NCBI RefSeq assembly: GCF_004010195.1
Contig: NC_057720.1
Coordinates: forward strand, 24,319,806-24,350,153
Direction of reading: 5' to 3'
DNA from: Chiloscyllium plagiosum
Lineage: Eukaryota
DNA length: 30,348 nt
In this document: in pieces, positions 9,410 to 20,583 of the stretch
Layout of the letters: the number at the start of each line of letters is the position of its first letter
How positions within the stretch are numbered: position 1 is the first letter of the stretch
The notes under the pieces: model-generated
The model's input: the letters and a program-made list of their open reading frames with translations, nothing else
Told to the model about the DNA's origin: nothing
Database searches by the model: none
Made by a program: the position numbers and the translations under genes

Positions 9410-11130
9410 TCTTCACATTTCCTTTGATCCCTTTAGCCCTAAGAATCATATCTACCTCCTTCTTGAAAACATTCAATGTTTTGGTCTAAACCATTTCCCG
9501 GTTCTCCATTTTTATTTCTCCAGCTTCATTCTCTAATGGCCTTCCCCCCTCTCTTTGTTTTTATATATTTAACTAAGTTCTCACGGTCCATCTTGATACT
9601 ACTTGCAAGCTTACCCTCAAATTTTATTTGCTTTCATATTTGTGGTCATCTTTGATTTCTTTCTAAAACTTTCCTAATCCTCTGGTCTAATCTTTGTCAT
9701 GACATTTGTTTTCTTCCAATTTGACACTAAACTTCTCTGGTTAGATATAGTTGGCTTATCTGTTCGGTGAATCCTTCTTTCTCCTTGGGGTGTATCTTTC
9801 TTGGGAGTCATGAACTATTTATCTTAAATTTTGCCATTGATAGTTCTCAGTCCACTCCAGCCATTCTGCCATCATTCCTATGTAAATATCTTTAATTAAG
9901 CTTAGCACAGTTGATTCTGACTGTAGTTACTCACTCTCAAACTGAAGCCACATTCTGTTATGTCACGAACTCTGAGATCATTTATTCAACCCACCTCATT
10001 ACACTTATATAACAAACTTGCCTGACCTCGGTTTGGATTTACAGCATATTGTTCTTGGAAATTGTCCTGGTAATTAATTTATGAATTCTTCCACCGGCTA
10101 TCTCTTCCAATTTGACTTTCACAATCTATGTAAAAATCAATGTACGGTCTTTTTTAAATGCCCTATCTGATTTTTCCTCTTTCCTGTTGGGAAACTATAT
10201 ATCACCTGATAGGGGCCTATAGATTATCCTACAAGTGTCTTCTTTTAACTTGTCATTTCTTACTTCCATCCATATGGACTCTACATCTTCCAGTCCAAGG
10301 GCATTCCTTATATTGTACACATTCCACCCCATAATAACAAAGCTACTCCGCAACTCTTTCCTTCCTACCTGCACTTTCAAAAACAAAAATCACCTACTCA
10401 TGAATATTTAATTGCGGAAAAATTGCTGGAGAAACTCAACAGGTCTGGCAGCATCTATTTATTGAACCACAACCAAATCTACATTGCCTCCACCTCCAGT
10501 CCAATCCAATCAAATTCCAGGTAAACTTCCAAATGTTTTTGCGCCCCACTGGATTAATGCACCATAAATCAACTCCCGCTATTCACAGAGTCATATCAAA
10601 TGTTAAAGGTTTTACAGTGTGTATAGTATTACCTGTCTTTGTGATCAAGATTGATAAACTATTCTTCAGAATTGAAGAGAGAGAGAATAAAAAGGTCGGC
10701 AGACAAAGGGATTGTTGATTGTAAGCCAGGGACGCTAAAAACCAGACAGGTGATAATGGGAGCTGTGAAAGCAACCCATTTCATGACAGGGGACCTGGTG
10801 TGGGGGGAGGAATAGCTAATAGGCACCGAAGGAGGTGTTCCTATTCTAAAATTGTTAAATTCACTGTTGAGCCACATCTCTCCAGGTATGCCCACTTTGA
10901 AGAAATTCTGCTCTTCTCTGTGTGACTATTTAGTTCCCAGCTTTTATCTCCTTGCAACCATGTCTTTGTAATAGTTATAAGACCATATCCATTAATTGTT
11001 ATTTGTGGTCTTAATTCATTTATTTTGTTCTTTACATGTACTTAAGTAAAGAGAGATTAATTTTGCTTTTTTTAACCATGTTTTCTCCCTTTGGCCCTAT
11101 TTGTCACTGCTTTTCTATGTTTGTACATCT
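9410..11130 (-). mobile_element. Old, fragmented CR1 (APE endonuclease region), interrupted by Penelope remnants
   Basis: Minus-strand peptide VESIWMEVRN...IIYRP (10195-10386). 10940-11050 resembles the CR1 endonuclease N-terminus at DNA level. Boundaries approximate. Confidence 0.6.
10412..10895 (-). mobile_element. Decayed Penelope-like remnants (ORF end plus terminus)
   Basis: Peptide LNSEFNNFR matches LNIEFNNFR at the end of the 6614-6883 ORF. Terminus aaattgctggagaaactcaacaggtctggcagcatct at 10419-10456. The middle part (10460-10650) is unassigned. Confidence 0.6.
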
Positions 11131-11139
11131 GCCCCTTCC

Positions 11140-12085
11140 AGTTCAACTCAGGTGCTGCCTTGATCAACCTCTTTGACCATTCACTCAGTATGGCCTGAGC
11201 CATATGCAATCTCGTTGACATTTTGAGCTTCTTGTCTGTTACCAAGACATTATTTTCTACTTTGAAACATGCAAGATCTATAATTCTTGTTGAACACTTC
11301 CTCCACATTCTCAACGACTCAGGGTTAAATTCCCTAAATACTCCATGCTGGTTCTGACCCCACATTAGGCTCCAATTAATACTGAATTCCATGGAATTAC
11401 AAAGGCTCTCGTGCCCATAAACTCTGTGCCCATTCAGTTTTACTAACAGCCTCTCCTTGAATGGGGTGACTTCAAAACCCTTATTTTCAAATCCTTCTCC
11501 CATTATATTTAGGATCATTGCTCTAATTATATGTCCTCTGCCCATCTGCAACTGATTAAGTTTGATCTTTCATATGATGTGGGTGCTGTTAGGCAGATCA
11601 ACAATTGTTGCCCGACCCTAATTTCCTGTGAACTGAGGGCAGTTAAGAGTCAACCACATTGCTATAGGTCTGCAGTCAGCTGTAAGCAGACCAGGTAAGG
11701 GCATCAGTTTTTCTTTCCTGAGGAATATTAGAGCAAGAGGTGAGATTGTATGACAATCCGTCTTTACCAACACTGAGATTTGTTCAATTTCAGTTTTTAT
11801 TGTTTTTAAATTTTGCACTTTAATTATTAGCCTGGACCCCTGGATTACGAGCCAATGATATTACTATTAAAACACCATCTTCCCCCATTCCTTCTATTTC
11901 ATTAACAGAAGCAAATCTTGCCCTCAGATCTAGCGTCAAACCCACTTCATCTTTGCGAGTGTTACCTCTGCCTTCAAAGCCTGTTGTTAGTCAAAATCTT
12001 TCGCAGTCCCTTCAGAATCTCCATTTACACCCACCAAGTCTTTCTTTTTGCTTCTTGGAAAGAACTCCAAATATATCCTTTTAGG
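11140..12085 (+). mobile_element. Possible ancient L2-like LINE 3' region, split by a SINE
   Basis: ttcaaaacccttattttcaaatccttc and the 12010-12082 pyrimidine tract resemble L2 3' ends. Very diverged. Confidence 0.3.
11565..11880 (-). mobile_element. tRNA-type SINE, second family
   Basis: Reverse complement of 27372-27718 (gagggcagttaagagtcaacca; agaccaggtaagg). Confidence 0.75.
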
Positions 12086-12181
12086 TAGCGAACCACAACA
12101 AATCAAAGCTGATGTTGTCACTATTCACTGAAATGAAAACTGTAACTAACTACATCAATTATTAGAGGAAAGTCATTGTCA

Positions 12182-12584
12182 TTGTTTTCCCTGGAGCATC
12201 GGAGGCTGAGGGATGACCTTATATTGGTTAACAAAATTAGGGTGATGGATAGGGTAAATAAACAAGGGCTTTTCCCTGGGTTGGGGGAGGCCAGAACTAG
12301 AGGGCAAAGGTTTGGAGTGGGAGGGGAAAAATTTAAAAGGGACCTCGGGGCAACATTTTCATGTAGAGAGTGGTGCATGTATGGAATGAGCTGCCAGAGG
12401 AAGTGGTGGAGGCTGATACAATTAAACATTTATGGATGGGTATATGAATAGGAAGGGTTTAGAGGGATATGAGCCAAATGCTGCCAAATGGGACTAGATT
12501 AAGTTCGAATAACCGGTCGACACGGATGAATTGGACCAAAGGGTCTGTTTCCATGCAGTATATCTCCATGATTCTCTGACTCTG
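12182..12584 (+). mobile_element. CR1 3' fragment
   Basis: Peptide LFSLEHRRLRDDLI...RTRGQRF plus CR1 3' UTR and tail. Confidence 0.92.
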
Positions 12585-12776
12585 TGGACATTGTTGCATA
12601 TTTTAACATTACTGAGCCTTCCATGATTTTATAATTCATACCAGCTGTTATTTATATCACTTGTGCCAAATTTCTATTTCGTCTAAAAACTAAGAACATA
12701 TTTCAAAATAATCGTTGATTTAACAAAATGTTCAAAGAGTATTGAAACATACATGGCAATGCATCAATTGATAGAT

Positions 12777-13072
12777 GGGTGGCACGGTGGCACAAAGGTT
12801 AGCACTGCTGCCTCACAGCGCCAGAGACGCGGGTTTTTTTTCCCGCTTCAGGTGACTGACTGTGTGGAGTTTGCACATTCTCCCCGTGTCTGCGTGGGTT
12901 TCCTCCGGGTGCTCTGGTTTCCTCTCACAGTCCAAAAATGTGCAGGTTAGGTGAATTGACCATGCTAAATTGCCCGTAGTGGTAGGGGAATGGGTCTGGG
13001 TGGGTGGGGGGTCGGTGTGGACTTGTTGGGCCGAAGGGCCTGTTTCCACACTGTAAGTAATCTAATCTAAAA
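12777..13072 (+). mobile_element. HE1/V-SINE-type tRNA-derived SINE
   Basis: Head ggcacggtggcacaaaggttagcactgctgcctcacagc; core gtggagtttgcacattctccccgtgtctgcgtgggtttcctcc; CR1-like 3' end gggccgaagggcctgtttcc; aatct tail. Confidence 0.92.
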
Positions 13073-13098
13073 GAAACATCCTTGAGAAATATTTGAAT

Positions 13099-13625
13099 TA
13101 GAGACATAGAGGTGTACAGCATGGAAATAGACCCAGCGGTCCAACTTATTCATGCCGATCAGAAAAACCTAAATTAATCTAGTTCCATTTACCAGCACTT
13201 GGCCCTTATCCTTCTAAACCCTTCCTATTCATATACTCATCCAGATGCCTTTTAAATGTTGTAATTGTACCAGCCTCCACCACTTCCTCTGGCAGCTCAT
13301 TCCATACACACACCCATCCTTTGGGTGAAAACATTGCCCCTTAGGTCCCTTTTAAATCTTTCCCCTCTCACCCCAAACCTATGCTCTCTCGACTCCCCCA
13401 CCCCAAGGAAAAGACCTTGTCTATCTACCCTATCCATACCCCTCATGATTTTATAAACCTCTATAAGCTCACCCCTCAACCACCGATGCTCTAGGGGAAA
13501 GAGCCATAGCCTATTCAACCTTTCCCTGTAGCTTAAACCCTCCCTGGACCTCAAACCCTCCAATCCCAGCCACATCCTTGTGAATCTTTTCTGAACCCTT
13601 CCAAGTTTCACAAAACCCTTTCTAC
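13099..13625 (-). mobile_element. CR1 3' fragment
   Basis: ORF 13297-13611 (KLGRVQKRFTRM...DLRGNVFTQR). Confidence 0.92.
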
Positions 13626-13933
13626 ATTATCTAGTACCTTCTTAATATAGTCACTGGACACTGAAGGAACTTTTGTTATTATTTTGCTTACAGAAGATAA
13701 TACTAATCATCTTTGTCTATATTCATCAGGGTGTCACATATAGCGAGACATTGTTTTCCCATTCTTTGCCATCGTTATGTAGCAAATTACTTATTTGAAA
13801 AGGTCCCAGCTTTGATCTCTTGAGAGATCAGAATGCAAATTAAGTATATTAACCTCATAACCTGAAAAGTAAGTTCCGATAAACAACCTTGTTATATCTT
13901 TTCTGAATGCTTTCTGAACATTAAAATTAAAAC

Positions 13934-14627
13934 TAGTTCTCAGATAACGCGCATTCCAGCAGTGCAATTTGCTCAAAGTGAGGAATTAAGGAACAAGAGT
14001 TTTGAGAATGCTCATCTCTGTTAACAAGAGCGCGATTCCAGCGAGGATCAGTTTGCGCGCTTGGTTCTGCGCATGTACCGATGTCTGCGCCAGATTCTCC
14101 GTGCCGTTCTGTGCATGTACCGATGCCAATTGCCGACAGAGCAGCTTTCTCTGAGAGGTGCTGCACAGAGAGAAGCTTTCTGAGAGAGATACATTTAGCA
14201 GCTTCCTGTGAACGGTACACTACTCATAGATTATCATTTTTTGAAAAAAAAATGGAGGGGCATAGTGAAAAGAATGTTAGCAAGAGACGTCCTGGCGATA
14301 AAATTGCAGGTGGTGAATGTAAAAGAAAAGCTATAACACTGGAAGAAGAGGTAGATATCACAAAGTGTTTTGAGCGTAAGGAAGGAATATGTGATACAGA
14401 TCACTTAAATACACTTTTGTTGATAAATATGATTTATACCTTCATTCTGGCTGTGCTTTATTTTGAATTAGACATTTGGGTGATATTTGAGTGATCGTGA
14501 GTGATGTACTTTGCTGGTCTGATCCTAAGCACACTTTTCCCGCAGGCGCCATTCTTTCTATTAAGTGTTTTTCTACTAAGCGAGGTTTTGCTGGAACGCA
14601 ACTATAGCGTTTTAGGAGAACTACCTA
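13934..14627 (+). mobile_element. Internally deleted Tigger/pogo transposon retaining the N-terminal HTH of the transposase
   Basis: KRKAITLEEEVDITKCFERKEG (14321-14386) resembles the CENP-B/Tigger N-terminal HTH. Imperfect TIRs tagttctcagataacgc and gcgttttaggagaacta. TA at 14628-14629. Confidence 0.8.
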
Positions 14628-15835
14628 TACAGAAAAATGAAAGCACAAAACAGTTCAGAATGAATCAAGTCTATTTGAATACACAAGGTACTACAATTGA
14701 ATATACTCATTTATAGTTAACTGTGAACCCAGAACTTACAAATATATACTGCCTCACTAAACTCTTGGAGTAGTGCAAAATGTTTTGCAACACATAGATT
14801 CTGTTTGAAGTGTAGTGCTTGTTCTAATGAAGTCAAACCTGGCAATCAATTGTCATGTTCAGAAAATGAGTAAACACAAAATATTCCATTTGACAATAAG
14901 TTGCTGGTTGATGCATTTTTGTTAGCATTGTTTGAATTAATTGCGTTGACCAAGATAAAGGAGATATTCTCCATGTTTTAATTAATGCTTTGACATCTGT
15001 TTACCTCAGTAAATGAATCCAAGTTTAAAAATTGCATCTTGGCAAAACAGTCTGAGTGTCATAAATTCCAGAATTAATTGTCAGCCCAGATTGAAATCTC
15101 TGGAGTGGAGCAGTCATTTTGCCAAATGATCAAAGCGCCAAATGATAATACGTCAGACTGATCGAAACCAAGTTAGCAAAAATGACTGACATAGAAACTT
15201 GATTGCCTTGATCTTTTATAAAACTAGATGTGTGTTCAAATTAAATTCTGGAATGTTGATATGCAATACCTAATTAAAATCATAGAATAGTACAACATAG
15301 AGGGTAAATTATTCAATGTGTGTGCTTAAATACCAACAGGGATATTTCGAAATGATTAAGATTCTATTCTTTCATTCCATTGTGTAATTTTTGGATCAAT
15401 AAGCCCTCTTTACATCATCAAGAACCTAAGAAGAAAGCTTTTGAACATTATGAACAATGCAAATGGTATGAATATCTTCCACATTTTTGCTTAGTCATTG
15501 TGATGACAGGAGTTGAGAAATTGTCAATTCAATTAGTCAGCTTTATAATGTACCCAACTTAAGTGGGATAGTTTCCTCCCTCCTAAATCTATCCAAATTC
15601 TGTAGCATTAGAATATTGTATTTTGTAAGATTAGGAAGATTGGAATAGATAGAATCTTGAGTTAAAATGCGTTGATCTGGTTTAATTAGATTTGGTTTTT
15701 TTCATCCATAGAATTCTTTTTTGAAATTTTACACCAACTTGACTTTCATTTCCAATTAAATAGCTTATTCCTAATGAAAAATCTCCCGTTAAAGATCAAC
15801 ACAGAAGAAAATTCCATCATCTATCTCTAAGAAAA

Positions 15836-16070
15836 TAAGAACAAAATAAATATAGTCAGGAGCAGAGTAAATGTTTCTCTTCCTCTATAAAGCCAGTCAG
15901 CATGGGGTTAGGCTGATCCTCCATCTCAAATCCACCTCCCCACCTGATCTCCATATCACTAGATTCACTGAGCGATCAAAACTGTCTCAGTCTTGAATAT
16001 ACTCAGCAATGAAGAAGAATTCCAAACCTATCATAGCTCTGGGTTTCTCCTCATTTCCACCCTAAATAAT
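15836..16070 (-). mobile_element. Decayed CR1 3' UTR fragment
   Basis: ataagaacaaaataaatatagtcaggagcagagta...ggctgatcctccatctcaaatccacctccccacc resembles the 25400-25560 terminus. Confidence 0.5.
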
Positions 16071-16269
16071 CCTATTGATAAAAGCATGCAAAACGAAAGC
16101 AAGCAAAACTTTCTAAGTTTCCACAGGGAAAAAAGAATAAACATCCTTACCTGAATTACATATTTAAAAACACGTTGTAAATTACATGACAACAGCTCTT
16201 GTTATTTAATTCTGTTGTCAAGTCCAGGTGGGTATGCTGCATGAACGCTGGAAGAACTTTGGGAGATCA

Positions 16270-16470
16270 GAGATTTTCCACTTAGGGGTCTATCTGTGTA
16301 CTTCGCTGCGAATCCAGGATGATGTGTTTTGTCCCTGGTGCCAGGTTCAAAGGTGCTGCTGAGTGGCCACAGAACAAACTGAATGAGAAGATGAACAGCC
16401 TCCTGGGTTGGACTATATTAGTAACAACTGCATTGTAGAAAGAGGGATGAGATCTTTCATGCAGATTTTA
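16270..16470 (+). mobile_element. Decayed CR1 ORF1 (esterase-like) remnant
   Basis: gtccctggtgccaggttcaaagg encodes PGARFK, like the PGARV motif of CR1 ORF1. The downstream DNA resembles the GTND...RKRDE segment. Confidence 0.45.
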
Positions 16471-16489
16471 TGAAACTTTTTTATCTTTG

Positions 16490-16700
16490 TCTTCATTCAT
16501 CCTTGGGATGGAAGTATTGTAGGTAAGGCCAGTATTTGCTGCCCATCTCTAGTTGCCCTTGAGAAGGCTTCATGAACCATTGTAGTCCATGTGGAATAGT
16601 GTGACTATAGTGCTGTTAGTGTGGGAGTTCCAGGATGTTGATCAATCAAGGGTGAAGAAACAATTATGTAGTTTAAGGGCAGGATGGTGGGGATAGTAAT
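16490..16700 (-). mobile_element. LINE 3' end fragment (L2/CR1-group) related to 17555-18090
   Basis: ccagtatttgctgcccatctctagttgcccttgagaagg is shared with 17590-17630 and resembles the tail of the second SINE family. Confidence 0.55.
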
Positions 16701-16787
16701 AGATTTCAAGAGGGCATGGGCTGGTGAAATGGACAGTCATAAGTCAAATGAAGTGTAAAGCAGGGAAGTGAGTAAATTTGGAAGAAA

Positions 16788-17130
16788 GGGTGGTACGGTG
16801 GCTCAGTAGTTAGCACTGCTACCTCATAGCACCAGGAACTCAGATTAGATTCAAGCCTCAGGTGACTGTCTGTGTGGAGTGTGCATGTTCTCCCTGTATC
16901 TGGGTGAGTTTCCTCTGGGTGCTTTGGTTTCCTCCCACAGTCCAAAGGTCTGGTGAATTGGCCATGCTAAATTGCCCATAGTGTTCAGGATGTGTAGGCT
17001 AGGTGCATCAGTCAGGGTATATGTAGAGTAATAGGGTAGGGGAATGGGTCTGGGTGGTTTACTCTTCGGAGGGTCACTGTGGACCTGTTGGGCTGAATGG
17101 CCTGTTTCTGCACTATAGTGATTCTATGAT
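16788..17130 (+). mobile_element. HE1/V-SINE-type SINE
   Basis: Same head, core and tail as 12777-13072. Confidence 0.9.
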
Positions 17131-17139
17131 TAATGAGGA

Positions 17140-17550
17140 GAGGCTATGTAAAATAAAGAACATAATTCCTAGTGAGAAAGTACAACACCAGTTTGTCCTG
17201 GAATACATTTGCATAAATTGTTGAAGGTGAGAGGTTAGTTCAGAAAGTAATTCTTAAGGCGTATGGAATCCCAATCTTTATACATAAAGGCATCCAGCAA
17301 ACATTTCTCAAGAATTATTTCACTCTGCAGAAAGGCTGTGAAGACATTTTTGAGAGGGTGCTGAAGAAATTCATGATAACGATTCCAGAGTTGAGGGACT
17401 TCAGTTAGGCAAGTAGATGAGACAAACTAGGCTTGTTCTCAGAGGGATAGAGAGTTTGACAGACCTGATCAAAGTCAAGAGCAGTCTAAAAAAGAGTAGA
17501 CAGAAAATGTTCCCATTGACAGAAGGTTCCAGGACCAGACACCACAGATT
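17140..17550 (+). mobile_element. Highly decayed CR1 3' coding fragment
   Basis: gagagggtgctgaagaaattcatgataacgattccagagttgagggacttcagtta resembles LERVQRRFTRMIPGLRDFSY. Confidence 0.6.
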
Positions 17551-17554
17551 ATTT

Positions 17555-18090
17555 TTAAACTTCTTAATGAGATAACGGCATTACTGGGTGTACCATCATT
17601 TATTGCTGCTCCTTAGTGCCTTTGAGAAAGTGGTGGGGCACTGCTATTTTGAACTACTGCAGGCCATTTGCTATATGTACATCCACATTTGCTGGCAGGA
17701 AAAGGGTTCCTGGATTTTGACCCATGACATTGATAGAATGACAATATATTTCTAAGTCAGGATGGTGGGTTGCTTGGAAAAGAACTTGCAGGTGGTGACA
17801 TTCCCTTGTATCTACTGTCCGTGTCCTTCTAGCTGATAGAGGTCACAGATTTGGAAGGTGCTGTATCAGGTGAGTTATTGCATCTAGTAGATGAGACTGC
17901 TGCTACTGAGCATTGGTAATGGAGGGAACGGATGTGGCGCCCAATCAAGTGGGTTGCTTTCTCTTGGAATGTGTCAAACATCTTGGGTGCTGTTGGAGTT
18001 GCACCCATCACACTCTGAAAGTGTGCCTTGTAAACAGCGGACAGGCTTTGGGGAGTGAGGAGGCAAGTTATTCACCACAGTATTCTTTGC
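17555..18090 (-). mobile_element. L2/CR1-group LINE 3' fragment
   Basis: Peptide APKMFDTFQEKATHLIG...SLHYQCSVAAV resembles an RT C-terminal LDxIQxKAxRLI segment. Confidence 0.6.
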
Positions 18091-18200
18091 CTTTCACTTC
18101 AGATATAAAGTGAATTGCAAATTAAACTGTGAGAAAGACATACTTTCAGATTGTGATCTGGAATGCATTTAAGAGTATAGAAGAAGCAAGGCCAATAATA

Positions 18201-18520
18201 GGGTGGCATGGTGGCTCAATGGTTAGCACTGCTGCCTCAAAGCTCCAGAGACCTGCGTTCGATTCCAGTCTTGGGAGTTTGCATGTTCTCCCTGGGTCTG
18301 GATGAGTTTCCTCTGGGTGCTCTGGTTTCCTCTCACAGTCCAAAGATGTGCAGATGAGTTGGTCATGCTAAGTTATCCATAGTGTTCAGAGATGTGTAGA
18401 TTAGGTGCATTGGTCAGGGGTAAATATAGGGTAGAGAGAATGGGTCTGGGTGGTTTACTCTTCGGAGGGTCAACATGGACTTGCTGGGCTGAAGCGCCAG
18501 TTTCCACACTTAGGGATGCT
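18201..18520 (+). mobile_element. HE1/V-SINE-type SINE
   Basis: A box tggctcaatgg, B box gttcgattcc, and the shared core. Confidence 0.9.
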
Positions 18521-18554
18521 GTCCAAAAAAAAACTTGGAAAGGGAATTACAGGC

Positions 18555-18785
18555 TAGAGTCATAGCATCTTACACTGCAGAAAATGCCCTTCGGCCAATC
18601 GAGTCTGCACCACAATAACTACCACTGAAGGTGCACTATTCCCAATTTCCTGAACTTGTCCAATATCCTTGAATGTTATGATATTTCAAGTGCTCAGCCA
18701 AATAGTTTTCTTAAAAGTTTGAAAGGTTTCCAGCATCCACTACCTTCCTTAGTAATGTATTTCAATCACCCTCTGAGTAAAAACT
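18555..18785 (-). mobile_element. CR1 3' UTR fragment
   Basis: agagtcatagcatcttacactgcagaaaatgcccttcggcc...caccctctgagtaaaaa. Confidence 0.6.
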
Positions 18786-19009
18786 GGGAAAGCACCTGGA
18801 TAAAAAAACAATGCTGAACTAATGAGTAATGGGGAGGGGGGTAATTAATTCTCTGTCAGAGTCACTAGTGCAGAGAATCCAAGGATCTCGTTCTATGATT
18901 TTACGTCTGTGAATTTCGTGAAGTAACTTAATAATTGTCTAGAACAGCAGCTCAACCATCTTCAGAGGCTGCAACCCTAAGTTGCGACTCCTAATATCCT
19001 GAGTTACTT

Positions 19010-19307
19010 TACAATTGTGGAATTCCTACCGCCTCTCGTCTGGACTTGTTCACTTCTTGAAGCCGAGAAAGGATGCCACCGGGAACAAGCAACTGGGCGA
19101 CGGGAAAACATTGCACAAGAATTTGATACAATCAGCCAGCTGGTTCCCAGAACGTCGAACGGGCTCGGAGGGCGAATTGTTTTTGTTTATTTGATGAACA
19201 AGATGATTGTCGTCATTGGGAAGAGGCGGAGACTCCGGGTGTGAGTTTACATGAAGTCTGGCTGCGGGGTTCTCCTTTTAGTCTTTCGGGCTTCTGCTTC
19301 AGTGAGG
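19010..19307 (+). promoter_or_regulatory. Candidate promoter and first exon of the FRRS1-like gene
   Basis: Non-repetitive stretch with locally retained CpGs. GGCGGAG near 19225. Consensus donor AGG|GTGAGT with GT at 19308. The downstream coding exon has an acceptor directly before its ATG, so an upstream exon must exist. Confidence 0.55.
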
Positions 19308-19440
19308 GTGAGTACAGAGCTCGGTTTCCAAATCTAAATGGGATTTCTTCCGCAGCTGCAAGGAAACTATGAGTGAACCATGGGGCAGCTGAATTCTTTA
19401 CTGCATCAATTCTGGCTTTTATTTGAACCCTCATCCTCAC

Positions 19441-19497
19441 AGGTCGACCCTCATCTCCGAAGAGTAAACCACCCAGACCCATCCCCCTACCCCTGAC
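19441..19497 (-). mobile_element. Short HE1 SINE fragment
   Basis: ctccgaagagtaaaccacccagacccat is the reverse complement of about 17044-17071. Confidence 0.7.
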
Positions 19498-20034
19498 ATT
19501 TCAATCGTGTGGCAATTCAGCACTGTTGGTTTCTTGCCTGTATGTAACGATTTACTTAAGACGTTTCCTAATTATAGTGACTCTATGTACATTTTTATTT
19601 ATGAATCATGTATATATTTTTTAAAAAAATAAGAATTATATGTCGAAGCTGGAAGCTATTGAGTGTTTGTCCCAAAATCTGTGGATTTCCCGATATTTCT
19701 ACGGCAGTGATAAAAATCTTCTCTCTCTGTGGCAGTTGGGTTGGGCGCTGCTTACAAACTTCCCGGGGCTGAAGGGGGGATGTCTTACACCCTAGAGGTC
19801 CAACACCCCCCCCCCCCCCACCTCCCCGGCTCTGGGCTTAAAGGTTTCAGATTCAAGTCCCTCCTGCCCCTGAGGGTTTGTTAACCGAACAAGTTGATTC
19901 AACTTTTCCTTTTGTCACCATCTCTCATAGCCACAGAAACATAACTCCCACCCCACCCCCGGGACCAGTCACCACACGGTGATTGAGAGTGGGTGCCTCG
20001 TCTGAGCTTGATGGGGAGTAAATGGTCTGTGGGA

Positions 20035-20338
20035 ATTGGGGAGAATCTGAATGGATAATGGAGGATGGGAATCAGTGGAAAGAGGGATTCCAGAATGGGA
20101 TTTACCAGGAGCGTCTGGAGGGAGTGTGGGAGGATCATGCTGGGACTTCCCCTCTGGTTTTTTATTGGGGAGAATCTGAATGGATAATGGAGGATGGGAA
20201 TCAGTGGAAAGAGGGATTCCAGAATGGGATTTACCAGGAGCGTCTGGATTCAGAGTGAAACTCTGGGACAGGTTGAGGAGAGAGGGAAAGAGGGAGTGTG
20301 GGAGGATCATGCTGGGACTTCCCCTCTGGTTTTTTTTT
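20035..20338. repeat. Local tandem duplication (A-B-A-x-B)
   Basis: 85-bp A at 20035-20119 and 20164-20248 are identical. B at 20118-20163 and 20290-20335. 43 extra bp in the second unit. Confidence 0.95.
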
Positions 20339-20496
20339 CCCCTGACAGAACTGTAAGCAGCACTGAGCTGAGCGAGGGCCGTGCCCTAGGTGAGGGTAAG
20401 CAGGAAAGGACGGTGAGTGAAACCTGAGTATTCCTCCTGGGATACACGATGGAAGATTGTTTGCGTCTGTGGCCAAGTGCAGAACAAACAGGAGCA

Positions 20497-20583
20497 GAAG
20501 AAGGGCTCATGACCGAAACGTCGATTCTCCTGCTCCTTGGATGCTGCCTGACCTGCTGCGCTTTTCCAGCACCACATTTTCAG
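20497..20583 (+). mobile_element. Penelope pLTR fragment with truncated hammerhead
   Basis: gaagaagggctcatgaccgaaacgtcgattctcctgctcc...ccagcaccacattttcag. Confidence 0.85.

Noticed and set aside
11072..11551. 159-aa minus-strand ORF
   Set aside because: No recognisable domain; it overlaps decayed LINE-like sequence.
11909..12084. Acceptor followed by a 57-codon open frame, plus a U12-like ATATCCTTT at 12073
   Set aside because: Unrecognisable Ser/Pro/Leu-rich peptide. The DNA resembles an old L2-like 3' end, and no partner U12 site is evident.
12777..12850. tRNA genes at SINE heads (also 16788, 18201, 27372)
   Set aside because: A/B boxes run directly into SINE bodies, with no complete cloverleaf.
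16145..16215. Minus-strand CAG|GTAAGG donor
   Set aside because: The adjacent sequence is AT-rich with no convincing frame or acceptor.
19899..20510. Cluster of ORFs with internal peptide repeats; possible CRISPR-like array
   Set aside because: Explained by a two-unit DNA duplication. There is no repeat-spacer periodicity, and the context is eukaryotic.
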